A DNA stretch of 63,127 nucleotides, filler included, from Craspedostauros australis (lineage: Eukaryota), in assembly GCA_030167865.1 (NCBI GenBank). It is 11 parts of 11 records of this genome, joined end to end, with 100 filler letters (N's around TTAATTAATTAA, not from the genome) between each part and the next. Parts side by side here need not be neighbours in the genome. Positions count along the whole stretch, not along the records: positions 18,137 to 28,771 come from JALAGF010006283.1; positions 28,872 to 32,187 come from JALAGF010006285.1; positions 32,288 to 45,470 come from JALAGF010006286.1; 8 more parts are not named here. The stretch is one strand, 5' to 3'. Below the pieces are notes generated by a model that was given only the letters and a program-made list of their open reading frames with translations, was not told the origin of the DNA and did no database searches. The translations under genes were made by a program, and so were the position numbers. This document shows, one piece after another, positions 23,641-34,977 of this stretch (positions are counted from its first letter, which is position 1; each line of letters starts with the position of its first letter).

Positions 23641-25049
23641 CCCCCTTCCTTCGTGATGTGCGCGTACCTTTTGAGCTGTTTCTCTTCGTTGCGACCTCAG
23701 AGGGGCTTGTCGTCTCCTCGCAACGCTTGCTGGTTGTTAGTTGATGGCTGGCTGTTGGCGTTTCCGATCTGATGATTGATCTGTTTTATGAGACTTTGTG
23801 TCAATTTCGGAGGCAACGAGGTGATTCCTGTGAGTATGTTTCGCGGTGTTCTTAGTACACCCTTCCTCTGAAGGAAGATTGGGGGATCAGTGATGGTCAA
23901 TTCTTCTTTCGAAGGAAAACCGCCCTCTGAAGGAAGGTTTCCGCCCTCTCAGGAGACAGCCAACCGGAAACACCTCCAAACGCAAACTGGAGACCATACT
24001 TGTTGAGAAATCCACTTGCCGTCAATTCAGAGTCCTTCTTTCACACAAATTGTGCCATTGTTTCGTTTTGTTTTGTTGTTGTTGTTTTCTTGTTCTTGTT
24101 CTTGGTGGCGAATCATGAGGCCAAAATTTCCATCTTGTCGCACAATTTCCCTTCTCCATTTTGTATTCACACTTCGCATTCATTGTCCCACTCGCACAAT
24201 TCTCTTCATCTGGTGTGCCACTGACATGTTGCTGATCTGCATGTGGTGTGCCACTGACATGATGCTGATCTTCATGCGGTTTCAGAGTATTACATCTGTT
24301 ATTCCTGACATGCACTGCGTAAAAACAAGACGGTGTTTTCGTTACGAGCCCCTCGAGCGGGTCGACCTGCACTTAGAAATGGGCATTCTAATTCTTGGTC
24401 TGCGATATCCAAACCAAGCACATATTCGCAATCCTTGTAATCTCCTCATAAGGAATCAAGCAATACATTTTTAGTTATGTCCTAGTTGAAGTTTTACGGA
24501 TCTATCTATGCAAACATATCAGACAGGTGGTCCAACAGGACAAAATTCGTTGTTTTTTGCCGAAGCTTCAATGTTCTTGGGAATCTGTTCTGAGATACCC
24601 AGTCACGGAAGACATTCTGAAGGTGTCGTTTGTTTGGTGCGCGATAATTACACATTGACATGTGCCAAATCGTTCGACATTAGAGAGTTATCGCTTGTAA
24701 CGTTAAGCCATCCCCTGACCCTGTCGATGTGACATGGATTGGGAAGCCTCCCCAAACCTACGCCGTGACATTGAATCTTGGAAGGATTGGAATGAATCAT
24801 AGTAATTGTACGATGACGTCATCAAGGATGTCTAGCCTTATCTATGCTTTAGGGTGGCCTTCCTCGGTGCAAGATTCTGACAATAGGAATTCTGATCTTC
24901 TCCGTTTTTGTTTCCATTCACAGCAAGCAAAAATGGATGTTCAACGCTTCCACATGCATGTTCGTGCTTGTTGGTATCGTTGCCTCCTGTTCCGTTTCAG
25001 TGTTTCTGCCATGCGGGTCATATGTAGGACTTGCCTTGAGTGTACTCTC

Positions 25050-25612
25050 ACCCCAGATTTCCCCAAAGCACAGCCCCAACCATCCTCCATCCCCAGACTG
25101 CCGTCGGCCCATCCACTGGCAGGCAGAGGTGACCCACAAGCTCTGGCACATGGCACTGCAACAGCGGTCTAGTCGGAACCACGCGCTTCACGAGGAGGGA
25201 GAGCGCGATGTGATGTCCCAGCGCATTCGAGTCTACTGTCAAGCCCTCCAAGAGCCGCCACCGTGGGCCGTCTTCACCCACCTTCGCCAGCTCGCCCAGC
25301 AGCTCCCAACATCGAAACCGCAACAGGCAGAATGACTGCTCACTCTGCTACATGCCATGTCCCACATCGCCGCTCCCGCTTCCCCCGTGCAAACAGCGTG
25401 GATGCGTCGCCACGTCTCCCAGCCCGCAAGCTGGATCCCCGCAGCTGACCGTGTGAGCGCTGCCCCATTTCCTTCCGTTGATGTCCAGTGACATTTAGCG
25501 TACCACACATGCTCTCATTACATCTCCACCATCCGATGCACACAATCGAATACACCACAAGGACAGCGACCTACCCAACATCATCTGTTCCCACTGTATG
25601 AATAAATTTATA
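25050..25612 (+). mobile_element. 3' fragment of a LINE related to the 34978 element
   Basis: WQAEVTHKLWHMALQQRSSRNHALH parallels WQASVTNTLWHTVLAQWQD*NEA; ends near aataaa. Confidence 0.55.
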
Positions 25613-25693
25613 ACTCAAGGATTAACCCTCTTATGAGGCTGCGCCGGTGGCGCTTTTCTCCGACTCCTTTAAACTTCGTGCAGGGCGCAAAGG

Positions 25694-26441
25694 TGTTAGG
25701 AATTGAGGGTACGACTTTGTCGGAATACCCGTAATTGCCGCACCTCCCAACATTGTTCGTCACAGCTTTGAATATTATTCNNNNNNNNNNNNNNNNNNNN
25801 NNNNNNNNNNNNNNNATACCATGTCATTATGACTATGACTAAGCATACGGACGCGATTGATACCTGTATAACCGCGAGGAGGATAGCCTGTCCTCTGGTA
25901 ACGTAAGGAAGACACCCACGGCGGATCAGGAGGTCCCGATACCACGCCAACCATGGCAACCATCCAGACGACGACGTCGATCAGAACAGCATGTCCATGG
26001 GCAAGTGACGCACCTTCTTCAGAGGACAGCACGCGCCCCTCCTGCGGACAAGAACATCCGCAGGTTTGGAAACATCAGAAAGGATCAGAACATCCACAGG
26101 TTTGGAACATCACCAAGGGTGACATCGGCTATGAGGCGATGGTGTCATGAGGATGATGACAGGAAGCATGAGACAGGCAAGTGCTCAGAGCTGCAGATCC
26201 CTACCATGCAAACGTAGACAGCTACGGCAATGCAGAGACAAGGAAGCAAGAACAGAGCATGATGAATGAAGAGGGAAGCACCTAAGAGACAACAGGACGC
26301 CCCGTGTCGTTACCGCGGCAGATGCCTGTTGAGAAAACGAAATCAGAAGAGAAAGTGAGATTGTGCTCACAGTTCTAAAACGGTACAGTTTCTAACAGCA
26401 GATTAGAATTTAGTACTAACTATAACCCCGGATTTCCAACA
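25694..26441 (+). mobile_element. Family A solo LTR with 6-bp TSD CAAAGG
   Basis: TGTTAGGAATTGAGGGTACGAC..CCCCGGATTTCCAACA flanked by caaagg at 25688-25693 and 26442-26447. Confidence 0.85.
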
Positions 26442-26542
26442 CAAAGGGAGCTCGGAATCCATGTATCATTGGATATATTGTATGTATCTCAGTCGTCCAC
26501 TGTGCGGCTACTCGTGCTGTTGCTGGGGGCTGGGTGAACATG

Positions 26543-27345
26543 TGTTGGCAAGTTCCGTGATTGGAAACCTACGATTGTGGAAGATGGTGTTGGTTGATAG
26601 TCGTTCGTTTGCTATTTCATTACGTTGGTACTCCGATCCTATCAGTGTCTGTTCTCTTGCCCGATGCTCTTGGCGCATTTGTTTGTTTCATAGATTAGGT
26701 CTCCAACTATGAGTCGGTACACAAGATGCTCTCTCGCTGCTCTTCGTATTCTCTCTCTCTCTCTCTCTCAATATCATGTACTTGCGCTACATGATACTCC
26801 GTGTTCGATGCGTACTCCGCATTCAACACTCCGTTTATTCATTCCTGGTTCCTATTCCATGAGTACTTACCATTTGAACTCCTGTTCGTGTATCCATGAT
26901 CTCGATGCCCTTCGGTCATTGAATCTTCACCTTCTGACATGGAGACAGATGTCGACGTGGTGACACGATGACATCCTGTCAACATCAGTAAGCGTCCTTC
27001 TGCTCTCCAGATGTCATGTTCCATTGATGATGCAATGGTCTGTCAGATGATATCGTCATCTGAGGTTTAGTTGGGAGGTACCTCAAGATTCGCTTGGTAC
27101 CATACGTTTCCATTGATGGATGGACGGACGATATTCCTGATTCTCTCAGAAATCGTCGATTGCAAATTTCCTCCAGAAATTCTGCTCATTTTCGTGTGTT
27201 CCATTTCTGCTGTGATTCTGACGAATCACAGCATACTATTGACACGAATGTAGTTATACCGTCCAAACATGTATCAGAGAATAGCGGGTGAACGATGCAC
27301 ATATACACGTACATCTCGACATATACTCACATGTACATCTCGACA
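26543..27345 (-). mobile_element. Family B LTR (803 bp, inverted)
   Basis: Reverse complement of 10505-11718 without the nested insert. Confidence 0.82.
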
Positions 27346-27348
27346 CTG

Positions 27349-28695
27349 ATGACAGCCAAGATCGCAAAACCACCCAGCCAGGATGTTCGCAGTACCAAGA
27401 TGTCTTCCAACAACATGGGCGCGCCGAAACCTGGACTGCGTAAGCACTCTTCCGAAATCAAACGTGCGACGTCGCCATCTGCGACACCGAAGATGAAGAG
27501 TGTCAAGAAGACAAGCAACAACAAGGGCAAGACGAAGAAGAAGATCACCGCCACGTCGAAACGCAACGGCAAAATCGCACCAGCAATATCACCGCAGGTT
27601 GTGTTGAACATGTCCAACGTGATTCCAAGGAATTCCTACTCCCACTGGCACTACGATTCTTCATCGTCATCTTCAATATCATGCTCATCATCCTCATCAT
27701 GTTCTTGTTCAGTGTTCTCTGTGGATATGGATGTTTCCGTTTCATCTGATGAAGAATCGTCGGATTCATCATCCTCATCATCTTGCGGATCATCGTCATC
27801 CTCATCGTCGTCATCTTGCTCTGTGTCGTGCTCTTCGTCATCCGATGACAATGAGCAGGAGGAAAAGAAGGTGGAGCAACTTGCGATGGCGGCCAGACGC
27901 CGCAACATGTTGAAAAGACTAAGGCAACCTGTGACAAGCAGCAGCACAAGAAGAAGAGAAAGGGTCGGAAGCAACCCAGAAAGCAATCCAGGAAGATGAA
28001 GGAAGTAGAAAAGACGAAGCAGAGGGTTAGACGATCCAGGAAGCTGGCAGTGTGTCCCAAGAGGACGCCCGAAAAGCCACCAAAGAAAGCAAACAAACCA
28101 GTCACAAAAAACAAAGCAGAATACGAAGAAATCCCCAAAGAAGAGCCAAGGCGCCCCCGTGTCATATGTAAGCGATAATAGCATGAGCGACAGCAATGTC
28201 AGCAGCTCAGCAAGATCGGTGGAATCGGACGGGCGCAAAGTGATGCATGGCACCACCTCGAAATCGACCAACAGACACATTTCGCGTTCTGGCAAGCGCC
28301 CAACCTCCAAGGACCCCAGCCGTCGCAAGCGTTCTGTGTCCGGCGAGTCTATGCGACGCCTCCCATCGTTGCAATCCGTCTCCTCCCGAGATCCGTCCAT
28401 CACGCTGGATCAAGCATGCCTGTCCAAGATTGGCGTCGCCAAGAAACGATCCAGCGGCCCTAAATCGACAGTCTCCTCCACTTCCGTCGCATCGTCCACA
28501 TCACCCAACCAGCGACCCACTTCACCCCCTCCGCGTGCCGGTGCAAAGATCCGGTACTTCAACGACAATCCCACCCGATCCATGTCGTTGGAGGACCCCG
28601 TCACGCACCAGAGCGAGCGCCACGCACGCCCTTCCGTCCCATTGCGCCGGGGTACGATGTCGGAGCGCAAGCATCGTACCAGCATCAGCATTTAG
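27349..28695 (+). pseudogene. Ser/Lys/Arg-rich low-complexity protein gene with two apparent frameshifts
   Basis: Overlapping ORFs 27295-27999, 27996-28178, 28159-28695 of similar composition. Confidence 0.45.
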
Positions 28696-28871
28696 GTGGC
28701 AGAGAATAGCATGGTGCATGCTGGTACTGCAGCAGCAGTGGAGGGAAGGGTCCTTGTGAGCTTTGATAAAANNNNNNNNNNNNNNNNNNNNNNNNNNNNN
28801 NNNNNNNNNNNNNNNTTAATTAATTAANNNNNNNNNNNNNNNNNNNNNNNNNNNNNNNNNNNNNNNNNNNN

Positions 28872-31766
28872 TTCTCTCCGCTGTTGTCACCTCGGAAGAT
28901 GATCTGTTGGTCACCAGTCTGTGATTTGATCGTTTGAACGAATCGTTTGATGTATTCTGGTTGATCACTCTTGTTCTTGAGGAAGAAACTCCAGCAATGA
29001 TCCGTGCAGTCGTCCACGATCAGGGTCCAGTAGCGTTTATCTCCGAAGCTTATGTGTTTAGTGTAACTAATGTCAATGAAGAGCCGTTCGCCGCGGCGAG
29101 TTGCTCTTGGGATCGTTGCCTTCGGAATGTTCTTCACTCTTGCGTTCGCGACCGCGCAGTCGCGACATACCGGCATCTCGCCGATTATCTTCCATCCGTA
29201 TTGAGCGGCTGTCCGCTTCATGGTTTCGAGTGGCGCGTGGCCGAGCATTCGGTGCAGGTTTACCGCGCTGATCGCCTTGGATGGATTCTTGACGATAGCT
29301 GTGCAAGCCTTGTCGTCGTCTGTTGGCATGATGGGATGCATCTGCACTCCTGTGATGAACCCGTTGGATGTGGGGAAGACTCGATCGAACACGATCTTCG
29401 TTCCGGATCTGTTGATGATGTCCATCAGAATGCCGTTGTTACCAAGCTGGTAACCGTTGTACAGAGCCTTGTTTGTGGAGAAAAGGTTCACCGCCATTTT
29501 CGGTGTGTACTTCACATCATCGAGCCGGATGATGTGGCCAGTGTTGTCTTGTTGCTTGACCTTCAAGCGAATGGATCCCATTTTGGGAGAGTCCAGCTTC
29601 GTGCTGTCTCCCACTTGGACGAAGGACTTGATGTGCCGCACGTTGAAGAGAGCGGCGTCTGAATTGACGATGTGACACGAAGATCCGCTGTCGGCAAGCC
29701 AGGTGTCCTTGTTGACCTTGTCCTTGTACTTGGTGCTCAGCTCGTGGAGTTGCTCCACGGCTGCCGCAGCTATCTCGTCGTTGAAGCTGCCGTCATCGTC
29801 GTCTTCGTGAACTCCATCTTCGTTGTATGGATGATGATGGTCTCCGTCATCCATGTCGTCGGGTAGTTGCGCATAGTCCGATGGAATTGTGCTGTTTCGA
29901 TGTGATCCTGTGGCTGGATCGTACGGGTGGACGCGTGGTCGTTCGCGTAAGAGTACGCGCATACATCCTCCAAGGATGTAATGAAGATCCGTCTCTGGGA
30001 TCGTCTCTGTCTCNGCNGCTTCNAGTATGCGATTGATNACNACNGANTTGGCGAGAATCTCTTCGATTGATCTGAAGTTCTCGGATAGGATGGATCCCAT
30101 CATGTTCACCCATATTGGTCTGAGCACTCCTTGTGCGACTCCTGGGAACAGCTTCACCCCTGCTTCCATCACAGCATCGAAGATGAGTTGCTTCTGGATT
30201 ACCAATGCTGTTTCCGTTCCATACGGAATCGTGTCATGACGATGGAGGTAGTTTGATTCGTTGGGATTCCCAATCGGTGGGAAGTCGATGTCTCTTGGAT
30301 AGACGACACGNNNNNNNNNNNNNNNNNNNNNNNNNNNNNNNNNNNNNNNNNNNNNNNNNNNNNNNNNNNNNNNNNNNNNNNNNNNNNNNNNNNNNNNNNN
30401 NNNNNNNNNNNNNNNNNNNNNNNNNNNNNNNNNNNNNNGGCCTCTATCATTGTCGTTGATCTCGTCGTCGGCCTCTTCGCTCATGGCCTCTTCGATGTCG
30501 CTATCGTTGGCCTCGTTGCCCATCTCGGCTCCGTCGCTGTATGGACCGATCAGGTCGTGCGCGTTGAAGCAGCATTCGTAGCTCACTTCGCNNNNNNNNN
30601 NNNNNNNNNNNNNNNNNNNNNNNNNNNNNNNNNNNNNNNNNAATCGTGTCATGACGATGGAGGTAGTTTGATTCGTTGGGATTCCCAATCGGTGGGAAGT
30701 CGATGTCTCTTGGATAGACGACACGTTCGTTTGGATTGAAGCTGTCGTCTGGATGGTCTTCGGTTTCGTTGCTGTCATCTTCATCAAAGATACCCGATCT
30801 GTTGTTCCCCGCCGCTGGAGGAGGCGGTGCTGCGCCGCCGTTCGTTTCGTCTCGGCCTCTATCATTGTCGTTGATCTCGTCGTCGGCCTCTTCGCTCATG
30901 GCCTCTTCGATGTCGCTATCGTTGGCCTCGTTGCCCATCTCGGCTNCGTCGCNGTATGNACCGATCAGGTCGTGCGCGTTGAAGCAGCATTCGTAGCTCA
31001 CTTCGCGTCTTGGATCCACCTCGTGGATGATTGGCTCCTCGTTGAGCCACTCAGGGATGATCTCATCATCCTGCACTTCGTCGTCACTCCCGACGTACTC
31101 GAAGTTATCGAAGAAGGAGTCTTCGATGTAGTTGTCGGACACCAACATGCAGAGCGGCATGTCCTTTGCCAAGAGTACCATCTCATGCCCGCTCTTGTCG
31201 TGTCCTTCCGTTGCCGTGTTGGCTTGTTCGTTGGCCTTCTTGTTCTCGTTGAACTTCTTCTTTCGGCACTCCGCCTCGCGGTGTCCGAAGATGCCACAGT
31301 AGTTGCACTTCCCGTTGAAGCCGCTTCCTTTGTTGCGATTGTTGTTGCGCTTTCTGTTCATCTTGTTGTTGTTGTTGTTTTTCTTGTTGTTCGATTTCTT
31401 GCGTTCTGGGCAATCGGCGGATCTATGGCCATACACACCACAGTTGTGGCAGGTCCCCTTGAAGTTACCGGTGCTCGCAAAGCCGGTGTCGTTGCTCTTC
31501 GTGTTACTGTCTTGGAAGTCGTCGATGTACGCCTTGCCTCCTTGATGAGTGGCGTATGCTATGCGGAGTACTCCTCTGATCGTGTTGATGGTGACCAGTT
31601 CCGGATTGAACGTGAGTTGGTGATGGAAGTTCACGATGTGGGTTCTGTATTCCACGCTTACCGTGCTGAGGATCTGCATGATCATCTCCTCGTCCAAGAT
31701 CTCGTACTTGACATCGTGGAGACGCGATCGTAGACCCTCGAGTCGTGTGATGTAGATGTCCGGGTC
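28872..31766 (-). mobile_element. Ty1/Copia gag-pol fragment: Gag with two zinc knuckles, extra domain, protease, integrase N-half
   Basis: CHNCGVYGHRSADC, CNYCGIFGHREAEC, WLADSGSSCH, LHRMLGH..CRDC, LFIDIS..IVDDCT..RGDNSGE. Confidence 0.95.
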
Positions 31767-32050
31767 TGATAAAACGATAATGAAAACGAGGTGAACTTAC
31801 TGAACGCCGAAGGGTGATCAATCCGTGGTAGTGCAGTAGGTTGGTGAGTTTGATTGCAAGAGTGTGTCTTAGTCTTTAGAGCTGTACGAATCCAAATGAG
31901 ACTTTCAATTGGATTGTGAGCATGTGATGTGCAGCATCCATTATAGTTGGATCTGCAACATCTCTATTAGTAGTAGTATAGTGGAGCGTTGAGTCTCCGT
32001 ACGTGTAATCATCGCGGTGTCGATGTTGCCATTTCCAAGAGGAGACATCA
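31767..32050. mobile_element. Probable LTR/insertion interrupting the Copia gag
   Basis: Gag frame (DPDIYITRLE) stops abruptly at TGATAAAACG; candidate CA end at 32050; far end uncertain. Confidence 0.4.
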
Positions 32051-33329
32051 ATTTCGTGACGGTCGGAGAGAGAGTTTGTTGTTCACTCTCTTCCGATCAA
32101 TTTGGGGGAACAAGGTTCACCCAACGGTTTGACCCGATTGTCCGTTCTGGACAGGTCATGTCACGCCCATAAGTGGCGTGGGATGGCNNNNNNNNNNNNN
32201 NNNNNNNNNNNNNNNNNNNNNNNNNNNNNNNTTAATTAATTAANNNNNNNNNNNNNNNNNNNNNNNNNNNNNNNNNNNNNNNNNNNNGAAGACTAGCCAC
32301 CTATCCTGCGCTCATGCGATGGGTGGGGTCGTTGACGCAGTCGCTGTTCGTGCTCTATCAAACCGCGTTCGAACCGTTCTGTAGAGGTAGCCTGATGTTC
32401 TACACTGGTCTCGAGCGCCGCTAAGGCCAATCGAACACTGGCATCTACATTGTGCACGCGATATATGCTAACATGTGCTCACACCGCGTGGAAATTGTGC
32501 GCGGCGCAGTTGCACATGCTCAGCGATGCGGAAGATCCAAAGAAGAGCGATCAGAGCATGGCGAGATTGGACTCCTNNNNNNNNNNNNNNNNNNNNNNNN
32601 NNNNNNNNNNNNNNNNNNNNNNNNNNNNGCTAACCAAGGGATCATTGCTCTCCCAAGCAGGATGGACGCAACGATACACATGCATCCAAGTTGCTGTTGC
32701 CAAGACGGTTGCTGGTGTACGGAATTCTGGAGTAGAACTAAAATGCTATTGCAGAAGTAATCAACCATATCATCAACTACAATGCAATACGATGAACGAA
32801 GCCGCAATGGATGATATCAGGATATAAGGAACTGATCATAGCATGTGAAGAACACATCGGTTGGCACCACAATGTTTTGTGATCATNNNNNNNNNNNNNN
32901 NNNNNNNNNNNNNNNNNNNNNNNNNNNNNNNNNNNNNNNNNNNNNNNNNNNNNNNNNNNNNNNNNNNNNNNNNNNATCGCGGTGATTGGCATTCGTGAAT
33001 GGGATCAACGAGTGCCTGCTCCAAAGAAACAAACAGATCTCGACCACTACCCAACCAATCGCCACCATAGTTGGGGTGTGAGATTACAAGCCACACATGA
33101 GAGTGCTCACCAAAGGAGAGCCCAAACAAACGGAGCGGCATGGACTTGCCGAGGAGGTTTGTGTCAAAAATGATGGTTTTGGGGCTGGTTTGCGTGGGAC
33201 TGACGTACAAAATGTACCAGCGTCTACGTCAAAATTGACTCATACGACTAGTTACCAATTGTTACCAATGGTTACCAAAAAAATTGGCCTCCACTCAAGC
33301 CACGAGACACTAGTACCGAGGGGTGCCTT

Positions 33330-33578
33330 GGGGAGCTGAGTTGTCTCGGCAACTTGCGCAACGCAAGAAAGGGCGCCAATGTGACGTCATCCATATGTTG
33401 AATCGTGTCAAATGTGGAAGTCTGGCCGTCGGCGGTGCAACCACTTTCCAAACGTGTTCTTTTCTCTTTGTCGGAGACACAAAGAGCACACGGAACTCCA
33501 ACTCCATGATCACCAGCAATCACAGCGCGGCTTCGCGCACGCCTTTGTTCACTGGTTTAATTCGCGTGTGACATCCCC
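33330..33578 (+). repeat. ~250-bp duplicate of 42081-42330
   Basis: ggggagctgagttgtctcggcaacttgcgcaacgcaa..tgtgacatcccc in both. Confidence 0.9.
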
Positions 33579-33585
33579 AAAGAGA

Positions 33586-33657
33586 GACACGGACCCCAAC
33601 GTCTACACCACGCGACTTGAGCTTCTACGCTCTCGTCTCCACGATGTTGGATACATG
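33586..33657 (+). mobile_element. Short Copia gag remnant
   Basis: DTDPNVYTTRLELLRSRLHDVGY vs DPDIYITRLEGLRSRLHDVKY at ~31766. Confidence 0.65.
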
Positions 33658-34977
33658 TGTTGGAAATCCAGGGTTATAGTAGTAGACTAATCTGTTATCA
33701 GTCTGTGCCGTTTTAGAACTGTGAGCACAACATGCTCATCTTCTTTCGATTCCAATTTCGTAGCATGCATGATCTGCAGTAGCTGCCCATAGTTGCACTC
33801 TTGGGCATGGCTCCTTTCATCTGCATCTGCATCTTGCGTTCATGGTGGTTCATTGCCTGCTTGGCTGGATGCTGGAGAGCACCTACATTTGTCAAGTTCA
33901 TACTCGTAGACCTGCAGGTACCTCCCCTTGGGTCTCATGTCACCTTGCTGGTCTCACTTCGATTCATATTAGCACAACGCTTTATTCACCTGATTCGTTT
34001 TCTGATTAGTCTGTCCTTGTATGTGCTGAAACGATGCTTTCCTCAGACACATGATTTTCGGCATGAGGGACACACTAGGTAACATCAGAGATTCGGTCTG
34101 GCCACCACCCGGCAAACATGTGATGTCCAATTCGACCTGATATACTTCCCAACTAAACCTGAAGTGACAAAACACTCGACGACCTCAAGCATCATCAATG
34201 GAATGTGGAATCGACAGAGCCATGGAACAGTGATGAATGACGTCGACACAGAAGACATCATCGCCACATCATGGGTCATCTCCACATCAGAACAAGATCG
34301 CAGAGGTGCAATGACCGAGAGCTGGCCTTGAAGACAGCAACATGAGAAACAACTCATTGAAGATAACATAGAAACAGAAGTCACTCAACCCAAACAGTGT
34401 CTTCACTCACCAGCTTGTCACCCTCGTCCTGAAAGACTTGATCTCTCTTGAAGGACTCGTGTGATTTCGCTGTGTACAGTAACGAGATAACAATTCATGT
34501 CATTTCAATTCCTTCCTTGGGTCATCTCGATGGTTGCCTTTGAATCATTGGGACTTATTGTCATCTCGATCGTGGTCTTGGGTGAATAGGGATCGCTTCT
34601 GTTTCACTTTCTCACATTAGGTTCGCAGGGACGCGTCGACTTGTTCAGATATATTGGTTGTCGCACTCATTCGATCCACTCATGGGCTGGTGTGTTGCTG
34701 TCGTCATAGATCTCTCGGTTCCCGACCGTTATCGGGACATGGCCGAGTAGGCCACTGGATGAGGGTGCTTGGATGTTGCATAAGACAGGTAAGGCCATTG
34801 GGCTGTCCAAGTGCAACTGGTCGATTGCTAGGTTGCGGTTTGTCTGGGAGATGCTATTGGGGGTTGCGGCAATAATGGGTATCTTTGCACATAACACCAT
34901 CGTGGTTCCAGTCAGTCCCCATGGGAGTTGCGGTAGAACAAGGTATCTTTGCAAAGTCGTACCCCCGATTCCTGACA
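33658..34977 (-). mobile_element. Family A LTR or LTR composite (inverted) truncating the LINE
   Basis: Ends tgttggaaatccaggg.. and ..gtacccccgattcctgaca; left part matches 46229-46519. Confidence 0.75.

Noticed and set aside
23800..24900. Transposase remnant
   Set aside because: Short repeats (ccctctgaaggaag, tggtgtgccactgacatg) but no recognisable catalytic motifs
27545..28403. Asp/Glu-rich and TM-like ORFs on the - strand
   Set aside because: Antisense of the poly-Ser/Lys ORFs; no independent support
30228..31006. Internal duplications in the Copia spacer
   Set aside because: Exact copies flank N gaps; scaffolding overlap artefact
32051..32070. PBS after the candidate LTR
   Set aside because: Lacks TGG and matches no tRNA 3' end I can identify
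34773..34860. MLHKTGKAIGLSKCNW as a LINE RT motif
   Set aside because: Lies inside the family A LTR boundaries; the resemblance is too weak to call
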